Shown piece by piece: positions 49,526 to 58,687 of a DNA stretch of 64,000 bases. The stretch covers positions 20,376 through 84,375 of the forward strand of contig JAJCXN010000023.1 of the NCBI GenBank assembly GCA_029263415.1. Reading direction: 5' to 3'. Positions within the stretch are counted from its first letter, which is position 1; each line of letters opens with the position of its first letter. Source of the DNA: Acidobacteriota bacterium. Lineage in GTDB: Bacteria; Acidobacteriota; Thermoanaerobaculia; Multivoradales; Multivoraceae. Under the pieces are notes generated by a model. The model had not been told where the DNA came from. It did not search any database and worked only from the letters and a program-made list of their open reading frames with translations. The position numbers and the translations under genes are program-made.

Positions 49526-50569
49526 ATGAAAACCAAAGTAGCTTCACCTCAGAAGTTCGTGACCTCGGACGAGAGAACGATCTACGCCATGTGCATCGAG
49601 GTCTTCCCGGGCTTCTATGGCAACGTCTACGTGATCGAGGGCGGCCCCGCCTTGACTCTGGTTGATACCGGGTCGGGCATGGACGCCTGCAATGAGGCGC
49701 TCATTGAGGGCTTCGCGTCGCTTGAGAAAAGCTTCGGCCGCAAGCTCGAGCTTGCCGACATCGAAGCGGTAGTCGTAACTCACGGTCACATGGACCACTT
49801 CGGCGGCCTCGCATTTGTTCGCAAACAAACCCAAGCACCAATCGGTGTGCATGTCTTGGATCGCCGCATCCTCTCGCACTATGAGGAGCGCGTGGTGGTT
49901 GCGTCGCAACGAGTCGCCAGCTACCTCGACACCTGCGGCTTGTCAGAGGCCGCGCGGGACCGACTGCTCCAGATGTATCGCGCGCCCAAGGTTCACTACG
50001 GCTCAATGCCGGTCGATTTTCTACTCAACGAAGGCGAAGCTGTCATTGCGCCGTTGCCGTCAGGCAACATCGACTTGGGCCTCGAAGTCCTCCACGTACC
50101 CGGGCATTCCCCAGGCTTGGTGTGCCTGCGCGTGGACGACATCATGCTGACCGCAGATCACATCCTGTCGCGCATTACACCGCACCAGGCGCCAGAGTCG
50201 ATCACCCTCAACATGGGTCTGAGTCACTACTTGGAGTCGCTCCACAAAATCGAAAAGACTGTGGGCATCCGGTTGGGTCTCGGTGGCCACGAAGAGCCGA
50301 TCGTAGACGTCAACCAAAGAGCGGTCGACATCGCCGATTCGCATCGCGCACGCCTCGACCAAGTCTTCGACAGTTGTGCGACACCTAAGTCCATCAGCGG
50401 CGTTGGCAAGAGCTTGTTCGGCTCACTGCATGGATACAACGTCCTACTCGGCCTAGAAGAGGCAGGCGCGCACGTTGAGTACCTTTACCAGCACGGACAA
50501 CTGGTCGCCGCCAACCTCGACGAGATCGAGCAAGGTGAACGCGCCGTGCTCTATCACCAGGCAGTCTAA
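49526..50569 (+). CDS. MBL-fold metallo-hydrolase
   Basis: LVDTG, THGHMDHFGG, PGHSPG, ADH and GGHE. Confidence 0.9.
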   Translation: MKTKVASPQKFVTSDERTIYAMCIEVFPGFYGNVYVIEGGPALTLVDTGSGMDACNEALIEGFASLEKSFGRKLELADIEAVVVTHGHMDHFGGLAFVRKQTQAPIGVHVLDRRILSHYEERVVVASQRVASYLDTCGLSEAARDRLLQMYRAPKVHYGSMPVDFLLNEGEAVIAPLPSGNIDLGLEVLHVPGHSPGLVCLRVDDIMLTADHILSRITPHQAPESITLNMGLSHYLESLHKIEKTVGIRLGLGGHEEPIVDVNQRAVDIADSHRARLDQVFDSCATPKSISGVGKSLFGSLHGYNVLLGLEEAGAHVEYLYQHGQLVAANLDEIEQGERAVLYHQAV

Positions 50570-50595
50570 TCCAGGGACCAGCAAGGCAGCAGCAC

Positions 50596-50630
50596 AGCGC
50601 AAGTCGAGGTTAGAGCGCAAGTCGAGGTTA
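50596..50630. repeat. Perfect 17-bp direct repeat x2 upstream of coxG
   Basis: AGCGCAAGTCGAGGTTA at 50596-50612 and 50614-50630. Confidence 0.85.
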
Positions 50631-50798
50631 AACTGAGGCGATCAGCGCAGCGCCTCGAACAATCCGGACCCGAGCTACTCGGCCGCTATTCGGCACGAGG
50701 TAGTCAGCGCGAGTTATTCGGCCTGAGCAATTCGGATGAGACCATCCGGCGAGAGTCGTTCCAACCACCCAAGGCTTCCAGCCACCAGGACCCCATCT

Positions 50799-51533
50799 AT
50801 GAAGTTGACCGGCGATCACCTCTATCAACACCCACGCGAACTCGTTTTCCGAGCGTTGCTCGACCCAGAAGTCTTGTCGCGCACGCTACCGGGTTGCGAA
50901 GAACTCGAACAAGTCGACGACAACCAGTTTGCCGGCAAGTTGAAGATGAAGGTTGGACCGGTTCAAGGAGTGTTCCAGGGCAAGGTCGAATTGCTCGACA
51001 TCGATCCTCCCAATGGTTACCGACTCCAGATCGATGGCAGCGGAGCACCTGGTTTCATGAACGGCTCAGGCACGCTGCGGCTCGAAGACGCCGACGGGGC
51101 AACTAAGCTGTCGTACGACATCGACGCTAAGGTCGGCGGCAAGATCGCCAGCATCGGCCAACGGCTGGTCGAGAGTTCAGCCAAGGTGATCACCCGTCAG
51201 GGGCTTGCTGGCCTCGAGGTACAGCTCGATCGACTCGCAGAGGAGGCGGGCAGCGGCGTCGACGCAAGGGCCACAGTGGTGGCAGAGCCTTCGGTGGTGG
51301 CAGGGCCCTCGGCGGTGGCAGAGCCTTCGCCGCCGACCGACAACGCCACTCCCAAAACTCAGGGATCGACCGCGCCGGCGAACGCCGGTCCTTCACAGGC
51401 CGAATTTGCCAGCGACTTCGCAAAGGGTTTGGTGGAGGAACTGGTCCCCAAGGGTTCTCGCTGGGTTCTGATCGCTGCCCCACTGCTGCTCGCTATCATC
51501 GCTGTAGCAGTCTTCCTCCGCGGCTGCACCTAA
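50799..51533 (+). CDS. coxG: CoxG (SRPBCC) accessory protein with C-terminal TM anchor
   Basis: MKLTG...ALLDPEVL..TLPGCE...VGPVQG.F.G...GGKIASIGQRLV; Pro/Ala linker; C-terminal TM. Confidence 0.88.
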   Translation: MKLTGDHLYQHPRELVFRALLDPEVLSRTLPGCEELEQVDDNQFAGKLKMKVGPVQGVFQGKVELLDIDPPNGYRLQIDGSGAPGFMNGSGTLRLEDADGATKLSYDIDAKVGGKIASIGQRLVESSAKVITRQGLAGLEVQLDRLAEEAGSGVDARATVVAEPSVVAGPSAVAEPSPPTDNATPKTQGSTAPANAGPSQAEFASDFAKGLVEELVPKGSRWVLIAAPLLLAIIAVAVFLRGCT

Positions 51534-51648
51534 CTGCCGCCAGCAACCGACTCGGTTCGACTCGTCTCGTTTCGTTCAGTTCTCTTACAATCTGCAGACC
51601 GTCGCTATCATCACAAGCTCACCATCATCAGTTACGAGGTCCTAAGCC

Positions 51649-52116
51649 ATGGGAATTACGATCGAACTCGAAGTCAACGGACAGCCGGTCAAACGTGAGG
51701 TTGAGGCTCGCACCCTCTTGGTGCATTTTCTGCGCGAGGACTTGAACCTCACCGGCACCAACGTCGGTTGCGAGACCAGCGTCTGCGGAGCCTGCACGGT
51801 CCACGTCGACGGCAAAGCGATCAAGTCGTGTACCCAGCTCGCAGTGCAGTGCGATGGAGCAAAAGTCACCACCATCGAAGGGCTCGCATCGAACGGCGAG
51901 CTGCATCCAATGCAGTCTGCGTTCTGGGAGGAGCACGGCTTGCAATGCGGCTACTGCACCCCCGGCATGATCATGGCCGCCACCCATCTGCTCGACAACA
52001 ACCCCTCCCCCACTGAAGCTCAGATTCGCGAAGGCCTCAAGGGCAATCTGTGTCGATGCACCGGCTACCAGAACATCATCAAGGCGGTTCAGACCGCAGC
52101 CGGGGCCGAGGGCTAA
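51649..52116 (+). CDS. coxS: Molybdenum hydroxylase [2Fe-2S] small subunit
   Basis: [24 protein letters not shown] and GNLCRCTGY. Confidence 0.93.
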   Translation: MGITIELEVNGQPVKREVEARTLLVHFLREDLNLTGTNVGCETSVCGACTVHVDGKAIKSCTQLAVQCDGAKVTTIEGLASNGELHPMQSAFWEEHGLQCGYCTPGMIMAATHLLDNNPSPTEAQIREGLKGNLCRCTGYQNIIKAVQTAAGAEG

Positions 52117-52118
52117 CG

Positions 52119-54479
52119 ATGAGTCCAGTCAACTCGGTTCTCGGTTCCCCCATCAAGCGGCGAGAAGATCCAGCGCTGATCACTGGCAAAGGCAAGTACA
52201 CCGACGATCTCAAGGTCTTCGGCATGCTCAGCGCTGTCATGGTCCGCAGCCCCTTTGCGCACGCCCGCATTAAGTCCATCGACACCGCTGCCGCTCAGGC
52301 AATGCCAGGCGTGATTGCGGTGTACACGGCCGCAGACGCGGAGGCCGCTGGCATGCCAGGTCTAGTGCCGGTCGGTTGGCTGCTCGACACCTTAAAGACG
52401 CCCCCGCATCCGATGCTCGCGAGCGAGAAAGTCAACCACGTTGGCGATGCTGTGGCAGTCGTCGTCGCCGAAGATCGTTATGTCGCAAGGGATGCAGCCG
52501 ACGCCGTGCTAGTCGACTACGAGCCGCTGAGCGCCTGCACCAACCCAAAAGACGCGATCAGCGACGGCCAGGCACAGATTCACGACGAGGCACCCAGCAA
52601 TATCGCCTTCGATTGGGAGATCGGAGACCAAGCAAAGACCGCGGCGGCATTCGCCGCAGCTGCCGAGACCGTTCGTTGCGACCTGCGCAATCAGCGCTTG
52701 ATCCCACACGCCATCGAGCCACGCGCTGTGCTGGCAGATTGGAACGAAGCCACGGGTGAGATGACCATTCATCTCACTACGCAGAACCCTCACGTGCATC
52801 GACTGCTGATGTGCCTATCGTCCATTGGCTTGCCCGAACACAAAGTGCGAGTGATCGCGCCGGAAGTCGGCGGCGGGTTTGGCAGCAAGATTCATCATTA
52901 CGCGGACGAAACCATCATCGCCATGTGCTCGAAGCTCTGTGGCCGACCGGTGAAGTGGGCCGCTACTCGAACTGAAACCAACCAAACCGATGCTCACGGA
53001 CGAGATCACGTCACATCGGCTGAACTCGCCCTCGACCAAGACGGCAAGATCCTGGGCCTAAGGGTGTCCACCTACGCCAACATGGGCGCTTATCTCTCCA
53101 CCTTTGCTCCGGCAGTTCCCACCTACCTCTATGGCACGCTGCTATCTGGTCAATACGACATCCCGGCAATCTACGGTCACGTCGTTGGTGCGTTTACCAA
53201 CACCTCACCGGTCGACGCCTATCGCGGCGCAGGCCGACCAGAGGCGACCTTCTTAGTGGAGCGGTTGATGCATCTCGCCGGCGAGGCGACGGGACTGGGA
53301 CCGGTCGAGATTCGCAAACGCAATTTCCTAACGCCCGATCAGTTCCCCTTCGAGACGCAAGTTGCGCTCACCTATGACAGTGGCAACTACGGACCGGCAA
53401 TGGACCGAGCGCTCGAAATGCTCGGCTATGAACAACTGCTTGCTGATCAAGAGCAGCGCAGGCAGTCTCCCAACGGCAAACAGATCGGCATCGGCTTCTC
53501 GGCCTATATCGAAGCCTGTGGCTTAGCGCCCTCGGCAGTGGTCGGCAGCCTTGGTGCCCAAGCTGGGCAATGGGAGAGCGCTGAACTGCGGGTGCACCCA
53601 ACCGGCTCGGTCACCGTCTACACAGGATCTTCGTCCACCGGTCAAGGTCACAAGACCAGCTTCTCGCAGATCGTCGCGGATCGGCTTCAGTTGGACGTCT
53701 CACAAGTCGAGGTCATCCAAGGCGACACAGATCTTGTGCAATTCGGCATGGGCAGCTACGGCAGTCGTAGCGGCGCAGTGGGCGGCAGCGCCATCGCCCG
53801 CTCCACCGACAAGATCCTCGACAAAGCCAAACTGATTGCCGGCCATCTCCTAGAAGCGGCGCCTGAAGATCTCGACTTCAAAGATGGCTCCTTCTGTGTC
53901 CGTGGTTCAGCGGATCACTCGGTCGCTTGGGGCGATGTTGCATTGCAGGCATACCTCGCACACAACTACCCAGAGAATCTCGAGCCGGGCTTGGTCGCCT
54001 CAGCGTTCTATGACCCGGAGAATTTCACCTACCCGTTCGGCACCCACATCTGTGTGGTCGAGATTGATCCCGAGACCGGCACCACCGAGCTGCTGCGCTA
54101 CGTGGCGGTTGATGATGTAGGCAACGTCATCAATCCGATGATCGTCGACGGCCAGATCCACGGCGGCCTCGCTCAAGGCATCGGTCAAGCACTGTGGGAG
54201 GGTGCCCACTACGACGAAGATGGGCAGCTCCTGACCAGTTCCTTGCTCGACTACGCCGTGCCCAAGATGCACAACCTCATCGACTTCGAACTCGATCGAA
54301 CCGTCACCCCGTGCCCCCACAACCCACTGGGAGTCAAAGGTGTCGGCGAGGCTGGCGCAATCGCGTCGCCACCTGCGGTGGTCAACGCAGTGATGGATGC
54401 GCTCGCGCCGTGGAAAATCCAGCACCTCGATATGCCACTCACTTCAGAGAAGGTGTGGGCTGCCGTTCACTCCCAGTAG
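52119..54479 (+). CDS. coxL: Form II CoxL-like molybdopterin large subunit (xanthine dehydrogenase family)
   Basis: RREDPALITGKG, VGGGFGSK, AYRGAGRPE (form II signature), GSYGSRS, GQIHGG and KGVGEAG. Confidence 0.92.
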   Translation: MSPVNSVLGSPIKRREDPALITGKGKYTDDLKVFGMLSAVMVRSPFAHARIKSIDTAAAQAMPGVIAVYTAADAEAAGMPGLVPVGWLLDTLKTPPHPMLASEKVNHVGDAVAVVVAEDRYVARDAADAVLVDYEPLSACTNPKDAISDGQAQIHDEAPSNIAFDWEIGDQAKTAAAFAAAAETVRCDLRNQRLIPHAIEPRAVLADWNEATGEMTIHLTTQNPHVHRLLMCLSSIGLPEHKVRVIAPEVGGGFGSKIHHYADETIIAMCSKLCGRPVKWAATRTETNQTDAHGRDHVTSAELALDQDGKILGLRVSTYANMGAYLSTFAPAVPTYLYGTLLSGQYDIPAIYGHVVGAFTNTSPVDAYRGAGRPEATFLVERLMHLAGEATGLGPVEIRKRNFLTPDQFPFETQVALTYDSGNYGPAMDRALEMLGYEQLLADQEQRRQSPNGKQIGIGFSAYIEACGLAPSAVVGSLGAQAGQWESAELRVHPTGSVTVYTGSSSTGQGHKTSFSQIVADRLQLDVSQVEVIQGDTDLVQFGMGSYGSRSGAVGGSAIARSTDKILDKAKLIAGHLLEAAPEDLDFKDGSFCVRGSADHSVAWGDVALQAYLAHNYPENLEPGLVASAFYDPENFTYPFGTHICVVEIDPETGTTELLRYVAVDDVGNVINPMIVDGQIHGGLAQGIGQALWEGAHYDEDGQLLTSSLLDYAVPKMHNLIDFELDRTVTPCPHNPLGVKGVGEAGAIASPPAVVNAVMDALAPWKIQHLDMPLTSEKVWAAVHSQ

Positions 54480-54565
54480 GAGCGGCGACCGCGCCCTCAA
54501 CACATTTTTTCTCCAGCCATCGCACAAAGCAATCGTTCAGCAGTAACTCAAAGCGAGAATCCCCC

Positions 54566-55423
54566 ATGTATCCAGCACAGTTTGACTACAAGCGCGCAAC
54601 CTCCGTGGAAGAGGCGCTGGCCCTGCTCACCGAAGCCGACGATGTGAAGTTCATCGCGGGGGGTCATTCCTTGATTCCGATGATGAAGTTGCGCCTGGCG
54701 CAACCTGAAATGGTGGTCGATATCGCGCGCATTGACGCTTTGCGCGGCATCACCGAAGAGGGTGACGGAGTCCGCATTGGGGCGCTCACCACCCATGCAG
54801 AGATTGCGGCATCTTCGGTGCTCCATGAACATTGTGGCCTCATCGCCGAAGCAGCTGCCGAAATCGGTGACACCCAGGTACGCAACCGTGGAACCATTGG
54901 CGGCAACATCGCCCACGCCGACCCGGGCTCGGATCTGCCAGCCGCTTTGATCGCGGCGGGCGCCACCGTCCACCTGCAATCGGCGTCGAGCACACGCACT
55001 GTCGCAGCAGCGGACTTCTTCCTCGATCTGTTGACAACTGACCTCAGCCACGACGAGCTTGTAGTTGCGGTCACGATACCGTCGCTCGGGCGTTCAACCG
55101 GCTGCGCCTACCTCAAGTTCGAGCACCCCGCGTCGGGCTACGCGGTGGTCGGGGCCGCGGCCTGGGTCAAGATGGAGAACAGGCAATGTTCCGGCGCTGG
55201 TCTCGCGATCAACGGCGTCACCGCAACACCCTTCAATGGCAACGAGATCGCACAGTCACTGGTCTCGACTGATGCCTCAGACGATCGCATCGCAGCTGCG
55301 GTCGAGAGCGTTCAACCCGAGGACCCAATGGCAGACGTCTTCGCTAGCGCGGACTATCGAGCTCATCTAGCTCGAGTGTTCGCCAAACGCGCGTTGGTCA
55401 GCGCTCGCGACCGCGCCGTATAG
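54566..55423 (+). CDS. coxM: CoxM-like FAD-binding medium subunit
   Basis: MYPAQFDY, AGGHSLIPMMKLR, QVRNRGTIGGNIAHADP and ADYR.HL. Confidence 0.92.
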   Translation: MYPAQFDYKRATSVEEALALLTEADDVKFIAGGHSLIPMMKLRLAQPEMVVDIARIDALRGITEEGDGVRIGALTTHAEIAASSVLHEHCGLIAEAAAEIGDTQVRNRGTIGGNIAHADPGSDLPAALIAAGATVHLQSASSTRTVAAADFFLDLLTTDLSHDELVVAVTIPSLGRSTGCAYLKFEHPASGYAVVGAAAWVKMENRQCSGAGLAINGVTATPFNGNEIAQSLVSTDASDDRIAAAVESVQPEDPMADVFASADYRAHLARVFAKRALVSARDRAV

Positions 55424-55521
55424 CAACTCAAGACCTTGGTTCCACTGCGAGCGCCACGGCGCCACCGAGGAGCTTGCTAAGAGCACCGAAGCGGCACGAG
55501 CATAGACCTCCGAGCTAGCTC

Positions 55522-56694
55522 CTAGTAGGAGCGCGGCAGTCCCAGTACTTTCTGTGCGATGAACGCCAACACCATGTTGGTCGAGATCGGCGCGGTCTGA
55601 AACAACCGGCATTCGCGCCACTTGCGCTCAATGTCGTACTCGGTGGCGAACGCGAATCCGCCGAACGTCTGAAAGCAGGTGTCTCCCGCCTGCCACGCCG
55701 CCTCGGACGCGAGCAACTTGGCAGTATTCGCCTCCGCACCGCACTCGCGCTGGGCATCGAACAAGCCAGCAGCCTTGCGCACCATCAGGTCTGCTGCTTG
55801 GGTTTGCGCCCAGGCTCGCGCCAGGGGGAACGCGACGCCTTGGTTCTGACCGATCGGACGCGCGAACACCTCGCGTTGCTTGGCGTACTCGGTGGCGCGG
55901 CGCAAAAAGTACTTCGCGTCTCCAAGCGCTTCGCCTGAGAGCAAGATTCGTTCAGCGTTCATCCCGTCCAAGATGTAACGAAACCCATGGCCCTCTTCGC
56001 CGATGAGGGCATCGGCAGGCACCTCGAGGTCAGTGAAGAACATCTCGGTAGTGTTGTGATTGATCATGGCGTCAATCGGACGGATCTCAAGGCCATTGCC
56101 CTTCGCCTTGCGCAGATCGACCAAGAACACCGACAAACCGTGAGATCGCTTCTCGACCTCGGCGACCGGGGTTGTGCGCGCGAGCAGAATCATCAAGTCC
56201 GACTGCAGTGCGCGGGAGGTCCAGATCTTCTGTCCGTTGATGACATAGCGATCGCCCTTGCGCGCGGCGAAGGTCTTGAGCTTGAGCGTTTCTGAGCCGC
56301 TGGTGGGTTCGGTCACTGCAAAGGCCTGCAACCGAAGTTCGCCTGATGCAATCCGCGGCAAGTAGCGCTGCTTCTGCTCGACCGAACCATGGCGGAGCAG
56401 AGTGCCCATGGTGTACATCTGCGCATGGCATGCAGCGGCATTACAACCACTCTCGTGAATGGTCTCAAGGATCGCGACACCGGCCCTGAGCGGCAGCCCG
56501 GCGCCACCATACTCTTCAGGGATTAGCGCAGACAGCACCTCATGCTCAGTCAGCGCGTCGACGAACGCCTTTGGGTACTCCGACTCAGCATCTAGTTTGC
56601 GCCAATACTCACCAGGGAATCGTTTGCACAGCTGACGAACCGGCTCACGCAGGTGAGAATAATCCTCGTCAATTGAGATCGAAAGTTCGCTCAC
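55522..56694 (-). CDS. Acyl-CoA dehydrogenase family protein
   Basis: PEEYGGAG, FAVTEPTSGS, INGQKIWTS, REVFARPIGQNQ and GGFAF..EYDIER. Confidence 0.93.
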   Translation of the reverse strand: MSELSISIDEDYSHLREPVRQLCKRFPGEYWRKLDAESEYPKAFVDALTEHEVLSALIPEEYGGAGLPLRAGVAILETIHESGCNAAACHAQMYTMGTLLRHGSVEQKQRYLPRIASGELRLQAFAVTEPTSGSETLKLKTFAARKGDRYVINGQKIWTSRALQSDLMILLARTTPVAEVEKRSHGLSVFLVDLRKAKGNGLEIRPIDAMINHNTTEMFFTDLEVPADALIGEEGHGFRYILDGMNAERILLSGEALGDAKYFLRRATEYAKQREVFARPIGQNQGVAFPLARAWAQTQAADLMVRKAAGLFDAQRECGAEANTAKLLASEAAWQAGDTCFQTFGGFAFATEYDIERKWRECRLFQTAPISTNMVLAFIAQKVLGLPRSY

Positions 56695-58229
56695 GACTTA
56701 GTCGCCCGCTTGCTCACTTTCGGACGACTCGCTTTCGTTCCTTTGCCTGGAGTCTTGCTGACCTTCGGTCGGACTCGATGCAGGCGCAGTAAGTTGGTCG
56801 GCGGCCGCCCTTGGATCGGATCACCCATGAGAATTGCGATGCAGTCACCTGCCTTGGCTAGCTTGCTTGCATGCAGGTGGTCATCAACCAAACCCACGAC
56901 TTCGTCGTGATGCCTGACCTCGCCTTGCATCAGCACCGGGATGACGCCCCAGACCATCTGCAGCCGTCGCGCAGCCTGGAGGTTTTGAGTCAGAGCCACC
57001 ACAGGAGTGGAGGGTCTGCGTGACGCCAGCATGCGAACAGTGAACCCGCCTTGGGTCAGGGCGACGATGTAGCGCGCCCCCAACTGCCGAGCGCCCAGCA
57101 CTGCCGCAGCCGAGATCGTCTCCGGAATCTCTAGCGTGCCGGGCAATACTGGTGGTTCAAGGTCAAACGACCTCAATGCCCCGAGGCCATGTCGCGCCGC
57201 ATCGCTTGAGTCGCTCTCCAATCGATGAGCCTCGGCAGTCCGAACGATTCGATCCATCGTCTCAACCGCTTCCACAGGATAGAGCCCAGCAGCGGTCTCG
57301 CCAGAAAGCATCAAGGCGTCTGCGCCATCAAACACCGCGTTAGCGACGTCAGAGGTTTCTGCGCGCGTCGGTCGGGGATTCTCCATCATCGACTCGAGCA
57401 TCTGAGTTGCAACGATCACAGGCTTACCCATGCGCCATCCTAGGTCCACAATCCGTTTCTGCAGAACCGGCACCTCGTGCAACGGCACTTCAACTCCAAG
57501 ATCGCCGCGGGCTACCATCACCGCATCTGCTGCCTCAACGATCGCTTCCAAGTTGTCGATCGCGGTGGTCCGCTCGAGCTTGGCCACAATTGGAATCTCG
57601 CCCCCGGCCTTGGCAATAACACTGCCGATCTTGCGCACATCTCGGGCATGCCCAACGTAGCTCGCAGCGACGTAGTCGGCGTTCTCCTCCACAGCCATGG
57701 CGATGTCGTCGATATCCTTCTGCGAGATCGAAAACGGCAGTTTGGTATCTGGCAGGTTAATGCCCTTGCGGGTCGAGACTTTGCCGCCGCTCTTGATCTT
57801 GATCGAGAAGCGCCCGCGTCCCTTCTCCGTGACCACCGCTCCGATCAGTCCATTGTCGATCAGCACTCGCTCGCCGACCTTAATATGACGCACGATGCTG
57901 GCATCATCCAACGGCAGATCAACCGCTGTCCCAGATCCCACAGTGACCGTGCTTCCTGCCCGCAACTTCAACTTGCCATCGATCTTGCCCAATCGGTAGC
58001 GCGGGCCCATCAAGTCGATCATCACTGCCACGAAGCGTTCTTCTCTGAGCGCCACGGTTCTCACTCGCCGCACCAGCTCCCGGTGCTCATCTCTGGTGCC
58101 GTGCGACAAGTTCAGTCGCACAACGTTGACTCCGGCAGCCAACAACCGCGCGATCATCACTTCCGATGATGACGACGGTCCAACCGTGGCCACAATCTTC
58201 GCCCTCCTCTGCGCGTCTCTACTTGCCAT
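56691..58229 (-). CDS. pyk: Pyruvate kinase
   Basis: AKIVATVGP, RLNLSHG, DLMGP, KGINLP, MVARGDLGVE, ATQMLESM, PTRAETSDVANA and MLSGETA. ATG 58229 preferred. Confidence 0.96.
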   Translation of the reverse strand: MASRDAQRRAKIVATVGPSSSSEVMIARLLAAGVNVVRLNLSHGTRDEHRELVRRVRTVALREERFVAVMIDLMGPRYRLGKIDGKLKLRAGSTVTVGSGTAVDLPLDDASIVRHIKVGERVLIDNGLIGAVVTEKGRGRFSIKIKSGGKVSTRKGINLPDTKLPFSISQKDIDDIAMAVEENADYVAASYVGHARDVRKIGSVIAKAGGEIPIVAKLERTTAIDNLEAIVEAADAVMVARGDLGVEVPLHEVPVLQKRIVDLGWRMGKPVIVATQMLESMMENPRPTRAETSDVANAVFDGADALMLSGETAAGLYPVEAVETMDRIVRTAEAHRLESDSSDAARHGLGALRSFDLEPPVLPGTLEIPETISAAAVLGARQLGARYIVALTQGGFTVRMLASRRPSTPVVALTQNLQAARRLQMVWGVIPVLMQGEVRHHDEVVGLVDDHLHASKLAKAGDCIAILMGDPIQGRPPTNLLRLHRVRPKVSKTPGKGTKASRPKVSKRATKS

Positions 58230-58424
58230 TTGCTGCCCAACTCCACAATCTGAGGTCATCAAGTTCCGTCTTCCAAAGCGAGCGTCGGAGTCTAACGGGC
58301 AAGAGGTCCAAGACGCGGCAAAGGAACTGAAGACTGAAGCAATGGGGTTTGGAGAGCCGCCCCGGCACTGGGGCGCATCAAGCGCAACGGCGCGAACGCT
58401 TAGACCGTTCGACGCAGGCTCTGA

Positions 58425-58655
58425 CTATCTTCTTCCTGCCCCCAAAGCTGCCGAAGCAATCCGATCGGCCACCTCTCTCTTAGCATCATCGAGCCCCTCC
58501 ATCTCATGCTCAAGCCAGCGTTCCAGCATTTCTGCAACAGTACGGTCATTCACGGCAGCAACCGCTTGCAACCGTGCGCGCAAATGCGGCGGTATCGGCG
58601 TTTCAAGGGCTGGATAGTCCTTGTGCGGATCTTCACTCACTGGTTTCGAAGCCAC
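58425..58655 (-). CDS. Small ribbon-helix-helix-like DNA-binding protein (putative)
   Basis: LETPIPPHLRARLQAVAAVNDRTVAEMLERWL pattern resembles Arc/CopG RHH proteins; GGAGAG RBS. Confidence 0.5.
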   Translation of the reverse strand: MASKPVSEDPHKDYPALETPIPPHLRARLQAVAAVNDRTVAEMLERWLEHEMEGLDDAKREVADRIASAALGAGRR

Positions 58656-58687
58656 ATGTCTCTCCAGAACTCAAACGCAGTCGAGGC

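Noticed and set aside
52119-54479. Bona fide (form I) aerobic CO dehydrogenase
   Set aside because: The active-site loop is AYRGAGR rather than AYxCSFR and the order is S-L-M, so CO oxidation cannot be claimed.
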